From positions 841,693 through 905,692 of the forward strand of contig NW_002060953.1 of NCBI RefSeq assembly GCF_000150275.1: a stretch of 64,000 nucleotides of DNA, written 5' to 3'. Source of the stretch: Trichoplax adhaerens. Its lineage: Eukaryota > Animalia > Placozoa. The notes beneath the pieces were generated by a model that worked only from the letters and a program-made list of their open reading frames with translations, was not told where the DNA came from and did not search any database. Below, one piece after another: positions 26,643 to 41,331 of this stretch. The translations under genes were made by a program, and so were the position numbers. Positions within the stretch are counted from its first letter, which is position 1. The number at the start of each line of letters is the position of its first letter.

Positions 26643-29600
26643 TAGCATTTAAGAAGTTGTAGTTCGGACTGATTCATGAAATTTGTGTTTCGATAAATGA
26701 ACATTTGAGTACGAGTATTATACTAACAGACTTAAATCATACACTACTATATAATAATAATGTATAAAAAATTTATGTGCTTGCGGCACTGATTTTATTT
26801 CGTTTATGCAAACTGACAATTACGTATGGAAATTAATAATGGAAAATTTCTTATTAAAGTAGCTGAAATAATGTTAATTAATATCTATGTAGTCTGTTAC
26901 TGACAATTGTACACTATTGATGAAGGAGCTTTTACATACTACATTAACTATCTGTTATTATAGCCTTGAAATCGAATCAATTTTTAATCTGGATTCTTAA
27001 TCCATAGCCCCGAATTGTTCTATGCAGACACTTAAAGGTGAAACTAACTCTTAAGAGTTAGACCTAAATTCTTTAAATATTCAGATGAGCTGTATAAATT
27101 TCTAAGATTTCATTGGAAATGGAATAAAATATACGGTGTAATACCGATATAGTAAGTCAAATGAGATACGTGAAATTAAGACGTGTATTATAAGTGTAAT
27201 ATTAGTAGCATAAAAACTTATTTACTAATACTAGTCAACTTCTGCTACACTATAGCATAATTTTACATTTGCATGATCTATATTGTCTTATATAAATTCA
27301 TTAAATTACTTAGTGGAATTCTATTCACACCCTATTTTAATTGTATAATAAGAAATGGCATAACATAGAAATAAATTTCCCTAATTCCTATTTCGCATTT
27401 ATAATTAATTCTCTCCTGTTGCGCTTCGAGCAATATAAAATAAATTCTAATTATCTTTCTTGTAAGTTACAATAGTTCTACTAGGTACACAGTAAGCAAT
27501 TATTCTTTATCTTTTATCTTTACGATAGCTATTCGAATAGTGAACGTCATTTACCTATGCTGTTGCCTAATACGACTTTTACTGATCCGTAGCATAATAA
27601 AATATTGCTTTTATCCTATTAATCTGGTATATTTCTTGCTTGGATAATGAGCTCTCAATATTCCATAACATTACGTAGTCGAATCATTAATTTATTGATA
27701 TCATGATGCTGTATACTGCTAATACATCTTCTTTGTTTAACCTAAATAATTAAAAACATGGAAATATTGCACGGAGGTGATTTAGCTTTAGGCAGAATTT
27801 TATAAGTAGTACATTTGTTGTTTTACGACTGTATTTGCTTTTATGGACTGCTTCAAATCGAAATTTATGACTCGGAAATTAAGATTACTACAAGTAAAAA
27901 GTAAGAGTATTCTATTGGATTTATCATTCCCAATATCTACCTGCAATACGACTCTTAACACTGACAATGTCCTTATTACACAATTATCAAAGCAGCCACT
28001 GTTTACAAAATCTAAATTTTATACCGCCTACTGTAATAATTTTACCATTCCTTAGCAATTTTACGAATTACAGTTTAGGGACAGAGTTTATTTTTGCAAA
28101 AGAATTTTATTACTTTACATTAGTAATGACGCATTAACGTAACTGGATAAATAATGTTGATACGAAACGACTAAATTAAGGTAATCGTAACTTAAATTAT
28201 TGTACTAAAGATATGCTGAGATTAGGATAATGACTAAGTAAGCAGTTTTTAGAGGTATCAATCGTTGAATATGGTAGTTTTTAATTGCATCATTGATATT
28301 TTTGATAGCTCCTGTTTATAGCCAACTCGACATGATGATAGTAGCTGATGTCAAATACTGTCATTAAAGATTGATATCTCAATAGTAAGATGTACGTCCG
28401 TCAACCGCGTGAAATATTATTTTTAGAATCGTCCCTTAGAGTAAGATTTATTAATATAATGTCTCCAGAATACAACAAAAAGCATAATCTCTTGTAAAAT
28501 ATTGATATTGTGCCTATATAATGGGAAGTATTGCTTTGTATGGAAAATTTTTAGTCGTAGTGGCGTTTTGAAAAGGTGAGGAATAGATTCTTTCATAATG
28601 ACTTTAGAATCAAGATCTTATACTATGGGAATGGTAAAGTTATAATATCGAACTATTGAAGTAAAAACTACAGAAATTTCTTTATATACGAGTAGTCTGT
28701 AGCTCCGACAGTATTTTATAGAAATACATGATATTGAGCAAGCTAGATTCATTCCGGCAGAGAGGTATTCTAAATATTATTGATGATGTAGCCAACAAAA
28801 TTGTAGATATTGGATACTGTGAATCATGTACGCAAGGTATTTATTTACTTGATCAATTGCCATGAGAGAATAGTTTAAATTGCAACCCAACTTCATCATC
28901 TATAATCACTGCAATAGTATATTACAGCAGCTACTTTCTTATACGACTATATCCCTAAACGAAGTATGCTACAAATAAAAGCGTTAACAATATCAAACCA
29001 TAATCCTTTTACTCACCCGAAGCGATCTAAATCGCATTCAAATACATCTACTTTTAATACTAATTAGTAAACTTATCTAAGAGTACTGAATCACAAAATC
29101 CTTGATCAGTGAAATAATGCCTTAAAAGTATTTGTACTGCGGCTTTTTAACCTCAATCGATTGTTATTTGTTAATCAATAATTAATTTTTAAATAATCAT
29201 ATACCAGAAATTTGATTGTTTCATTATTTAAAATTCATAGCTTCAGAATTTTTGTACTATAGTGCAAAAATTTTATCAGGAACATAAACCACTGGATGGC
29301 GCTTTTGAATATCTGCTGGCTGTAATGGAATTAATATTGCGATACAATAGTAGAGGTAGAAATGAATAAAGATACATAAAGACTAAAAATCATAGTTATT
29401 TTAACCTCTATTAAATTCTTGAAAGCATGTTCTTACACACTGTATTATTATTTGCAGGTAGAGTTAATATACATATTTTTTAGATAGGCTGCCATATACT
29501 AAGGCATAATAACATGACGGCCAAATCTATGCGCGCAATAATAATTGCAGTGTATTATAGTGAAACTTTACCCGAAATATTGTACTTATAGTTTTGTCCG

Positions 29601-31573
29601 TAAATTCTATTAGGGTAGAATAACTACGAGATAGCTTTACTTTTCTTCTGATTGCATGCCAATTACTCAAAATGTAGGCATTATAATTGCACAGTAACAC
29701 ATTTTATAACGCGCCTAACATACATATCTTTACGTAGTATGTATCATCTTTAGTCAGAATTGATTAATCAACGTTTTGATCACTGCATTACATTTCTTAT
29801 GAAATGACTTGATTGGTGTTTTAGGCATAATGAATGCACACACCTTCAAAGGAAGGTTTAAATCAATACCAAATCTAGAATGTAGGTTGTTGTTAGTCTC
29901 ACAGCATTCATGCTCAATGTAAGTATGTTATTATGATAGGGTTCTTTAAAGTACGAGTACTAAATTATACCTTAATTTGTTAGGCTAGCATTAAAAGATA
30001 ATCTTTTATAAAAATCTAGCTTCAATTTGATTAAATTTGCAAATAGTTAGCTAAACTTAGTAAAACACTAATCCTATCTCACGGCAATTATGACTGATAC
30101 ATATATAGTCAGTACTTCAGAGAGTTATTAAACTGCTATGTAAGACACGTTTGGTGGTCTGCTCTGATAGAAAGTTTGTGTGTTTGTGCTTGAGTACATA
30201 TGTGCACATTAACGTTTTCTTTATCACTGTTACAATTAATTTTAAGTAATTGAGCTAATTTGTCTGTTTACATAAAGTGTTACTACTACTTTTTATTTGT
30301 TTCATAGTTTTCGGCAAGATTTATACTATCAAAGTACAGGCACGCTTGTTAAAGTTCCTCCTCAGTTTTAACCGTAAAACGTAGACTTGGTCTGATTTAA
30401 TCGTTCTGCCTTTAAGCAGTTATGCAACGTCAAAATTTTGCATTAGTAGTAGTGATTCAGTAAATCCACTTAGATGACCCTTTCTAAGTAACTGTTTTCG
30501 ATATTTTTTGAACTTCTTAGATATAGAAAAATTCATCCACCTGAAGAGTATTCAGTTCAAGCACTATGCCTAGTACTGTAAATATCATCTAGTTAAGTCA
30601 ATGGTTATGTATGACATGAAGTTATACAATTCTCTAACTATCTTAACCATTATAATTGTCGGATTATGCCAGTGCGAAGGGATCTATCAGGCTTTGAAAG
30701 TCAGCAAAGTTGTGAGGGCTCCGACCACTAGCAAATATACGGGAATACTATAATCAGCTCAGAGTAAAGAATAATGAAAAATGATAGACAGGATTGCAAT
30801 CAACGCCTAATTGTTATACTATAAAGAATAGGATAGGCTGTATACTGAGCATATCGCTATGATCAGGAATGAACATAACCATGGCAATGTACGAAAGAAA
30901 GGCTATTGATACTCTTTTTTTAACTGCTCTCATAAACTGCGATACTACCTATTTTAACGACTATTTTTGTCTATATATAACATGCATTTAATCAAAGCTA
31001 GAGCATCCAACACTACTATGCTACCTATCGTGAGTAATCAAACAGGATATCCATTCCTTCCTTAATCAATGTCTAGCCAGCTTGAAGGACTATAGCAGAC
31101 CAGGAGATAACGATCGTTACAACTTTTGCAACATTTCTGCTGAAGTTGAGTTAAAAGTGCAGCTGGTCAATTTTCTTAGAAAAGGATTTTCTCTCTAATA
31201 GGATAATCTTTCCGGATCATAAACTGAGAGTCAACTTGTTGCACTATTTCGATTAAGTCTTTATCTAGTGATTGTGATCTTCACTTCGATATTACTACTA
31301 CAGTATTTTATTAGTCTTAACTCACTCCAATACGCACGGTACCAATTTTACGGGCTCAAACTTAAACGTTTTCTTTATGTATACTTGTAGTGATGCACTT
31401 ATATTTGATTATACGGATAGCTATATTTGATATAGTTAGGTTGCATTGAATAGATATTGTCGTGAAGCTAATATTAAATGATTACTAACTACTATATTAG
31501 AAATTGTTGATGACTAATAGTAGCCAGTTGACTAATTATGGTACAAGATTTATGTAGCTAGAAACACTATAGT

Positions 31574-31917
31574 TGTTAAGATGCCCTTCGGAGAAAGGGC
31601 CTAGGCGTTAATAGAAGAGTAGTGACATCTTAAGTAGAATGATTTAGATGGTAGAAACTAATGATGCACTATTAGAGAAAATTATTTTGTTGGATGACTC
31701 ATGTCTGATTGTAGATTAATCAAGTGGTCATAAATGGATTTAACGAAATGTTTATAAGAACTGCAGAGATGAGCTCACAGAGGAGAAGAGACTTCACTTC
31801 GCTTTGAGCTCGGAATACTTTAGATTTCAGACTAGATTCTTCTACTAATTAATTATTGCTCTACTATTCCTAAAACCTTTTAATAAAAGCCTTATAGAAA
31901 ATACCATTTAACTAACA
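31574..31917 (+). mobile_element. Solo LTR (344 bp) with 4-bp TSD
   Basis: Termini TGTTA...TAACA, flanked by TAGT (31570-31573) and TAGT (31918-31921). Internal TTTATAA and AATAAA (~31882). Confidence 0.7.
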
Positions 31918-32086
31918 TAGTAACTATGAGACGCATTTATTTCATTGCTGTAGCTCTGCAACGCCTAATTCCTTACATTTCAGTCCGGTAGTATCCTGTC
32001 TTTCACCGTATTCCATCTATTTAAGATGTTTACAAGCGCAAAACTTAATAGTATTAAGTTAATAACTCAGAAAATTTGTGCAATCG

Positions 32087-32469
32087 TGTTACGATGCGTA
32101 AGCTCGTCCTAATTATTGAGTAATATTAAATATTGTTTGTATAGGAGTTTCTGACGAGACTATAAAAGGCTGGTGCCTGAAGATCCTTTTTAGTTAGTTA
32201 GTCGGTTGGATAGTCAATTAGTTTTTCAATTGATATTTAATTGTAAAGACTATAATCTTGGGTGCCGAGATTTCTTCAGTATTAAATGATAGTAAATCTC
32301 TGACTTTCTCGTCTACACTATTTGTGACGCTATAATTATACCATAGTATTCGGTCGTTGAAACTGAATTATTTGGTGATATAGCTAATCTCGCCTCTTTA
32401 AGTTAGTAAGTGGTGGTCTCCGCAAGGATTGGCGTGTGTAGACTACTTTGTCACTAGTGGTCTGTGACA
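32087..32469 (+). mobile_element. Probable solo LTR (383 bp)
   Basis: Termini TGTTAC...GTGACA, internal CTATAAAAGG, flanks AATCG and AATGG (4 of 5 match as a TSD). Confidence 0.5.
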
Positions 32470-33229
32470 AATGGTAATACTACTTTTGAATGATTAGATA
32501 AAGCTTGTCTGAAATGAAATTCTCTCATTTAAAAATTTATTTCTCATCTCCAAACGAGAAAGTTTTTGCTAAATATTAATAGTAAAAGTAATGATTTAAA
32601 ACTGTAATCTTTGAGTAAAATATTACAGCTACCGGATGAGATGTTTGACGGTTTTCGTACGTCTACCTATATTTCCAATTGGAACGCTATATCAGTACGC
32701 CTTATAGTTCTACTAACTAAAGTCGATTTCAAGGATCTGACTAACAATGAAATTCTGTTTTAACTACTGTATGTGCAAGATTCTAGTAGTCCATGGTGTA
32801 AATGTACTTAATGGTTAATGCGCTTACGCTACTTTTATTTACAAACTAAATATTTATGTGCAAGTATCAGAGGCTGTGTATTCGAATAGTTTTATGTTAT
32901 AACGGTACGTTTGCGCAAGTGTTTTTATTATTAATTAATTAATATGCAAAATCATCAACAAACATTCAGACGGACGCAAGGAAATTTGAAGAGTAAAGTA
33001 TTAGCAAGCTGCAGTGTATCAAAGTTTCAAGAGCTTATCCCTTCATCTCGTCTTATTTAGTTGCTGTTTATCTATTAATTGAAGGAAGCTAACGAGAACC
33101 AAATGATATATCATTTTGCGATTGAATAATTTCTGCCGTAAATGGTTACCCTGCTACTGTTGATCATAATATTATACATCACTTTGCAAGCTAGAATTTA
33201 TTCAAGAAAAGTTACGATTCAATCAACTG

Positions 33230-36200
33230 ATGGCGTTTAGGCTAGAAATGAGTATAATGACATGGTTTTCCATCGCTATTGCAATAATTACTGCATATAT
33301 AATTAAGCAAATGGTATTCAAATTATTATCACCGTTAAACAAAGTGAGTCCTGTAAGATACGTTAAAAATGTTATGTTCTAATGGTGCCTGTTTTAGATC
33401 TAGTCTTACCACCGCTAATTACGTTATAACTATTGGTACAGCAATATTGCTAGTAATCCAACTATGTAACTGATTCTGAATCGTCATCAAACAATTTAAG
33501 TTAGAGGCATTAAATCGCTATTTGCCTGTAGTACGCGGTTTAGGTTAACTTTTACTTTTCATCATTTGTGTTGTTGATGAATAGTAAATAATATTTTAAA
33601 TGAAATCAGAATCTAGCTTAGAAATTAATAACAGTTAAATTTATTTTCTCTACGGTAATAATTAAAATGTCCGAGAGTTACTGCTCATTGCTACTATCTG
33701 ATCCTACCTCTGTAAGTTGTAATTATGGTTATGATTGTATGCACGATAAGTTATAACAACGGTAATTAAAGGCAGCAGCATCATATCTTACAATACAGAG
33801 TGGGTGATTTAAAGAAAATCACCATTCAACGTATCATTTTGCTACTTCTATTTAGATTCCTGGCCCTTCAACTTGGTCGCCTTTGGGGCATTTACCTATA
33901 ATTGTCAAGGAGGCAGTTGGTGACCCTTTTATACAGTTCGTATTATCATAACCAAATATCCATCAAATCAATATTTCCAGAATTATTCAATATTCGTCTG
34001 AAAGTTTCATGCGCTTAATTAATCTAAGTCATTATCTTAAACAATTTATCATAGCAAAAAACTTTGAAACTTATAAACGAATTAGCAATTGTGAAGTAAA
34101 TTGCTTCAGATTTATTGACTAGTAGTCATTATAAAGGTACTTAAGCCTTGATATATGAAATCTATTCTATTAAAAACGTTTGACTATTTTTACATTTCGC
34201 TGCTTTAAAGATATTGATCGAGACTTTTACCCAATGCAACAAATACTGTAATTTCCTTACTTTTTATTCAGATGGTTTGAACAATATGGAGGTATGATTC
34301 GTTATAGCTTTCCAGTCTATGATCAACAGATTGCAGTGATTGATCCAGAATGTATTAAACACATTCTCTTCGCGCAATGCACTAAATACCATAAACCTCT
34401 ACTTACAAAAAAGTAAGTTATAAGATTGACTATTACGAAAGCCATTTAGTAAAATGGATTGAATTTGTCGTATTAATACTGGTAGTGTAATTCTGCTGTA
34501 AGACTTTAATATTTGGTCTTGATTGATCTTTTTTCCAAATTGAACGAAGAATCTCTATAGATGTTCTTGGTGAAGGACTAGTTTTACTAGAAGGTCAGAA
34601 ACATGCTAAAGCTCGCAAAATTATAAATCCAGCCTTTAACTACGGTAAAATTAAAGGTAACTAACTGTCGTTATGCCAAATGCTACATAGCTGAATACTC
34701 TTTAAGTGGTTTCTTATTTGATCGCTTATTTGAAAGCAATTTGGTGCTTTTACGTCACTTATTGCAAAATAGATATTATGTAGCATAATTCTTTTCTTTC
34801 AATTCCAAGAGCGATAAACTAGTGCATATAAAACTATACTCCAGCATCCGTCTAATTTCTTAATCTTATTTATACATCCTGACTCGATGGAAGGCCATTT
34901 AATTTGTCATGTTATTGCTATATCGCATATTAGCGCTATTACCTGTTTTTCAAAATTTTGGCCAATCTCTGGTAAATTACTGGCAAAATGAAATTGACGA
35001 ACGCGGTAGTCAGAGCGCTATATTAGATGTACAGAAAGACTTAATTCGAACCACACTTGATATTATATGCAAGTGCGCTTTTGATTATGACTGTCATGCT
35101 TTAACCGACGCGAATAATCAAGTTACTCATGCTTTTACAAAGGTTTTAGGAGGACTTTCTTTAAGGTAAGCAATATGTATACATAAGTTTGTAATACATT
35201 ACTCAGCAGAACTACAATTATTTAGGCCGGTAACGTTTTCTAGAACTGAGTCGGTCTCATAGTTGATGGCCTACCTGCTTAATTATTTTATTAATGGCGA
35301 CATTTAAACTTTTTCAGCTGGACATTCTTCATTCCGGGTTTAAAATATTTGCCCACATCGGGAAACTTAGAAGTAAAGCGTGCTTTATCAATAACGCATA
35401 ATATAGTAAGGAAAGTTATTGACGACAAATTGAAGAAGGGGATTACAGGTTCCAAAGGAATTTACATTTAATTGAATAAAAAATTGCTAAATTATTTTAT
35501 ATTATTATTAAAATGGGATGTTTTTAATTAATTAAAGAGATTACTAGTAAAGTCAAACTCAAATTATAGTTAAACACGATCTAATTATTATAGGAGAAAA
35601 TTGTTTGCTAGATATTTTATTATCACAACAAGATGGAGAAAATAATGTTACCTTTACGAGCAAAGAATTACAAGATCATATTATGACATTTATGTCTGCT
35701 GGTCATGAGGTTAAGACAATTGTATAATAAAAAAATGGCTATTATTAATCGTAACAGAATTACTAAGCAAATTAACGTAAGTTGCATTTCTTTAATATCT
35801 GATCGGTGATAAATACATTCTATCAAGACTACAAGTGTAGCGTTGGCTTGGACGTTGTATGCATTAGCTAATAACCCTGCAGTTCAAGTTAAAGCGCGAC
35901 AGGAAATTTTCAAGGTTGTACAGACAGGCGATAACATCACATGGGATACTTTTGATAAACTACCATATCTTGATAATGTTATCAAAGAGTCACTTAGGTA
36001 AAGAATCAATTATTTATGAAATTTTGAATATGTTTTCTAAAATACTCATACTAAAGCAAGAAGTATAACTATGAAATAAATTCTATACATGATTATAATT
36101 ATTACTTATACTAGTCTGACATTCCTTTGGCTTGCTACTTGATCTGTAGACTATATCCGCCAGTGCCATTGATTTTTCGACAAGCGATAGCTGACGATAA

Positions 36201-36812
36201 GATAGGAGAATATTTCATTCCCAAAGGATCTATAATTACAATTATACCACCTTATAGGTACGGTAACTTTAACGTGGATACTATAACTAGTATTATAAAT
36301 TGTTTTAGAAAGTAATGTCGATGTTGCAGCTACGCTCCTAACTTATACGTTCATAAATGTCGAATTTTCTATATTGTGCAATAATAATGAGATTAAAAAA
36401 TAAGCGTAAAGATAGAAGTAGCCTTGACGCATACGAATAAATTGATATCTCGGTGAAAATATTACAGTGCTTCAAGTTAATGTAATAGCAAGTTTGAAAA
36501 TTTGAAACTGTTTATATTCAAACTATTTTTAGGTTTCCTAGTTATTTTCAAGAACCCTTAAAGTTTGATCCAGATAGATGGGATAACTCAGCAAAGAATA
36601 CTAGTCCCTACGCTTATTTGCCATTTCTTAGAGGACCACGAACTTGTATTGGTTCGAAATTTGCTACAACCGAAATGAAATGCTTGCTGTCTCTACTATT
36701 AAATAATTTCTTGTTCAAACCTTATCCAAAACAAGCGGTTGAAAGAAAATACCAGTTTACAATGAAACCAGATCCTGCTTTGAAACTTATCGTCTCACCG
36801 GTGTTGCTATGA
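33230..36812 (+). CDS. Cytochrome P450 (CYP-A), microsomal type, 10 exons; clan 4/46-like
   Basis: Exons 33230-33343, 33856-33935, 34272-34412, 34550-34656, 34934-35165, 35318-35448, 35594-35709, 35828-35997, 36150-36257, 36533-36812. N-terminal anchor, IPGP hinge, AGHETT I-helix, ESLR, PDRW, FLRGPRTCIG heme motif. Confidence 0.92.
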
Positions 36813-38340
36813 TAATTATCGAATAATATTTCATTTTAAATGTAGTTTTAATTGAGTGCTATTTAGCACGTTTCTTGAAATTTGAATTGAAATATTTAGG
36901 CGATGAAATTTGCGGTATATATGTTAACGGCAATTTGCGAAATCAGGCATTTTGCAAATGCCTAAGGTCATTTCATGTTATACGCGTATATATATAGAAT
37001 GTAATTTATGACCGGCATTCACATCAAGGTGTTCATTTTCTAAGATAAGATTGAATATTCTAATTGGTGATCGCTGCTAATTTATATTACTGGTGATTAG
37101 TTTAATTTTCCTCGTCTAAAAATACACGTTAAAGAATACAGCAGAGATAGAAAAGATATTGTCAGTTTCAAAAATATATTTTTTACTAGACTCTTGGAAA
37201 TTTATTCATTTTAGGGTACAATTGATAAATAACGCCTTGTGAACTAGGCTATGTCACGTTAAATAAGATTTGTAATAGCAAAGTACCGCAATATGCATCC
37301 TATAAATTAAGCTACTATCCTCCATTTTCTATTACATAGTGCGATAAATATTAGATTCAGTGAGTATTAAAGTCTAAAATCTACTCGCAATACATTCTGT
37401 ACTGTATCTCGTCCAGTACTGTACATACTGTATCATTTCACTGCCAGTTTTAATTGAAAAATTGAAAAATAGCTTGAGAATCTATAGCTTCAATTTAGCG
37501 TATAAAAACGTATAAAATTACGTGCTAATCATCAATCAGCATGTCACAACCTAGGTAGTGACATGGGAAGATAATATCAAATGAGGATACTGTACCTTCG
37601 CTGATCTAGTAGAATTGTCTCACAACTTAATATTAAGTAGAATTACTTTTCATACATTGGCCACTGTACTGGTATAATTGGTAGTTCGGTACTGCACTAC
37701 CTTTTATCCTACAGATAACTTTATGATCAACGCGTATATTTGCTGGTATAATGCTACTATACTGTTGGCTTTTAACTCAATTTACAGTACTGTAAATCGG
37801 CTACTCAAACTCCCATTTTTATTTATAAACGATCCCTTTATAGTATCGAGATTATTTTAATCATTTGATGAATAAGTTAATCAATGTTTTCGATCAGAAT
37901 AACAATTTAATAATATCTCTGAAAAACCAATTAATAAACTAAAAAGTTATTTATTAATTAATATTCTGCAACAAGCCCGATAGTTAACACATATTCATAA
38001 TTATTAATATATCTATGCATAAAACATAATTTAATAGCTTAAATAGTTAAAGAGCTGTATGTATTGAGTTTGCAATCGTCATACAACAATTGTGAATATC
38101 TGAGTTTCAAAAATTGTAAAGGTTGCAATGTCCAATCTGGTACTACTTTATACACTGTTACTCAATGTTTTAATAATTTATTCAATTTGAATAACAGTGT
38201 TATGAGTAGTTATAGCATAATAAATACTGTACCAAATAATTATCTAACTTAGTGTATGAGCCAACCTATTTGGCTTTAAGCTAAGGAGTAAAGTAGTCTT
38301 GAGTAATAAAAATTTTAGGCCTAAAGTAAGTTTATTTTTA

Positions 38341-39507
38341 TCAATGATTTGCCAATTCTTGAACTAATTCATCTACATGTGTCTTATCGTCGACACTTGC
38401 TGCTCGATTAAGTATGACTTGCAATACACCAGGAATGGGTATTCTGTTATTGCTGTCGATGATATCAAACGTATTATCAATCATAGCTGATAATCCACGA
38501 GAAGATTTGTCGCAATATAGATCATCTAGGGATCGATCATAGATGAATAGAAAAGTATAAAAGTCCGTCAAGGCATCTGGTTTATTGTCCAATTCACAAT
38601 ATCGTTTTGGATCTTTAAAGATTTCCTTATATTCATGAACTTGTGGACTAAGCTGCAAGTATGCAGTGTACGGTATATCAAAGCAAGACAGGCCTAAGTT
38701 GTCGCATAAATTCGTTACAGAAGTATGGACCGATAAATCAAGGCATTCTTTAGGCGTCGGAATTAATGATTTAGTTTTACCTGTAGCATAGTTGAATAAC
38801 GAAACATGCGTATTCGGTTCAAGACAACTGTGTGATAAAACTGCGATACCATCGCTTGATAGTAAATCAGAACAGATTTTATCTAGAAGTTCTTTAAAGC
38901 GAGCCTGATCATGATGCGATGATATAAAATAATAACCACACTGCAATAGATATACTAACTTAAAGTCTTTTACACAATGATCTCCAGTTTGTGAGCCAAG
39001 AAGTAATCTCGTAATATCACATTTCATAACATCCGCATGCAAGACACGATAGTTATTTAACGGAATTATTTTAGCTTGCATGGCCTTGTACAAATTATCT
39101 CCAGCTATTCCATTGGTAGAATTCAGTTTTTCGCAATCCTGCTTATGATCAACACTGTCGTTGTCAGTCAATCCAGTATAATCAGGATTACTATCGACAG
39201 CGATTAAATCGATACCGGATTGAAATTGGATATTTCGTAGATATTTTACAATTCTATCCCCAGCTCCACAACAAATGTCAGCTATACGAATAGGATCGTC
39301 CTGATGACAATTTACTAATCCTTTCTCTTTTAAACCGTTGATTAAGGCTTGATGTAACCGGGCTTCTATTTCTATTTCATTACTTGCATTTTTATAGGCG
39401 CTAAACGCTCTGTTGTATTCGAATACATGCGTTTTTATTGTCGTTTTTTCCATCTTGCTTAAGAGACTTCTCTCCGTAGAACTTTTACCGTATGTCAGTG
39501 AGAACAT
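38341..39507 (-). CDS. Intronless class I SAM-dependent methyltransferase, histamine N-methyltransferase-like (MT1)
   Basis: Motif I DICCGAGD and motif II AVDSN. FKLVYLLQCGYY resembles HNMT DFIHMIQMLYY. N-terminal YxxxFxxYxxxSxE resembles HNMT Y15-F19-F22-E28. The start could be 39507 or the downstream MEKT Met. Confidence 0.85.
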   Translation of the reverse strand: MFSLTYGKSSTERSLLSKMEKTTIKTHVFEYNRAFSAYKNASNEIEIEARLHQALINGLKEKGLVNCHQDDPIRIADICCGAGDRIVKYLRNIQFQSGIDLIAVDSNPDYTGLTDNDSVDHKQDCEKLNSTNGIAGDNLYKAMQAKIIPLNNYRVLHADVMKCDITRLLLGSQTGDHCVKDFKLVYLLQCGYYFISSHHDQARFKELLDKICSDLLSSDGIAVLSHSCLEPNTHVSLFNYATGKTKSLIPTPKECLDLSVHTSVTNLCDNLGLSCFDIPYTAYLQLSPQVHEYKEIFKDPKRYCELDNKPDALTDFYTFLFIYDRSLDDLYCDKSSRGLSAMIDNTFDIIDSNNRIPIPGVLQVILNRAASVDDKTHVDELVQELANH

Positions 39508-40637
39508 AGCAGTACGATTAGATTTACTTATCGCAGTCTATCACACATAAGGGTACCATATGCTGGTTGTAGCAATACCTAGCGGTACTCCAAGTCCAAC
39601 CCATAGACCCTCTAGCATTCGAGAAAAGTAATAAGATAACATTGTACTGTATTTTATACTATCATATGTATACCGTGCCTAAATTGCAAATAATTTAGTA
39701 GTCCATGACTGTACCATATGCATGGTTTTACTAGATATTTCTGCAGATAATGTAAAACATCAAGTAAAAATTGGAAGGGTCTAGAGTACACTGCACAGTA
39801 CAACTGTAGTTAACAATAAGGCAATCCGAGCTATATTACTGCGATCCTGTTTACTGATCTTCTTGGCGTGTGCTAAGAAACATCGCAGACTGGTTGTGAC
39901 GAGCTAAGATATTTCCTCTAAACTTAGAAATTTTACTTTTAACCTTAACATCTTTGCAGGTGTTCGATAGAATCTAGTTAAACGAGTTGGCAATAATTAT
40001 CTTTGTCTATCGAATCCTAAATTAAGGATTACTAATACATAAATTATTAACCACTAGAGTTACAATTAAGGAGACCGTGAACATTTCTGAGATACAAAAC
40101 ATACGACTATAAACATAGAAATAAAATACACATCACGAAGATTACATTCATAACTTTAGTATTGTGAGCAAGTAGTATGAAGCATGCCGCTTAGGGTGCA
40201 AGTTATGCACCCTTGCCTTTCGTAACTTCTCTCTCCAAAGGGAATGAAATGAAGCATTTTCGTGAGTTACCCAAAAATTCGTGTTAACTGAAAATAAAAT
40301 TTCCTTTAACTTAGTGGCTAATACATTCCATAATAAATATATAAACAAAAAAATGAATCACTTTCGAATTCTTACCAATTTGATGCTATTTCATTCAATT
40401 AATTCATACCCATTTATTAGTTACAAGATGTTGAACTGTAACTTTGGTGGAGTCGGTCTCGCCACAGCACCGAACGAATCATATACTACATACTACGTAG
40501 TAGGCCCGAGCCCCTTCTACTTTGCGTGTCGTATACCGTTTGTATTACTATGTTCTGGTACCTTTTATATATCATTAAAGTCTAATTAAGGAGGACTACT
40601 ACGATTATTATACCGCCCTGTAAAGTGCTGGTATAAA

Positions 40638-40896
40638 AACCCTTAAAGTTTGATCCAGATAGATGGGATAACTCAGCAAAGAATACTAGTCCCTACGCTT
40701 ATTTGCCATTTCTTAGAGGACCACGAACTTGTATTGGTTCGAAATTTGCTACAACCGAAATGAAATGCTTGCTGTCTCTACTATTCAATATTTCTTATTT
40801 AAACCTTATCCAAATCAAGCGGTTGAAAGAAAATATCAATTTACAATGAGACCAGATCCTGCTTTGAAACTTATCGTCTCACCAGTGTTGCTATGA
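40638..40896 (+). pseudogene. Orphan duplicate of the CYP-A last exon (5'-truncated, frameshifted)
   Basis: Near-identical to 36553-36812. Lacks the splice acceptor and carries a 1-nt deletion (TTAAATAATTTC to TTCAATATTTC, ~40786). Confidence 0.9.
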
Positions 40897-41331
40897 TAAT
40901 TATCGAATAATATTTCATTTTAAATGTAGTTTTAATTGAGTGCTATTTAGCACGTTTCTTGAAATTTGAATTGAAATATTTAGGCGACGAAATTTGCGGT
41001 ATATATATACGCGTCTATATAGAGAATATAATTTATGACCGGCATTCACATCAAGGTGTTCATTTTCTAAGATAAGGTTGAATATTCTAATTGGTGATCG
41101 CTGCTAATTTAATTACTGGTGATTAGTTTAATTTTCCTCCTACTACTTTTTACACTGTTACTCGGTGTTTTTAAAAATGTTTAATTTGAATAACAGTGTT
41201 ATGAGTAGTTATAGATACTGTACCAAATAATTATCTAACTTAGTGTATGAGCCAACCTATTTGGCTTTAAGCTAAGGAGTAAAGTAGTCTTGAGTAGTGA
41301 AAACTTCAGATCTAAAGTAAGTTTGTTCTTG

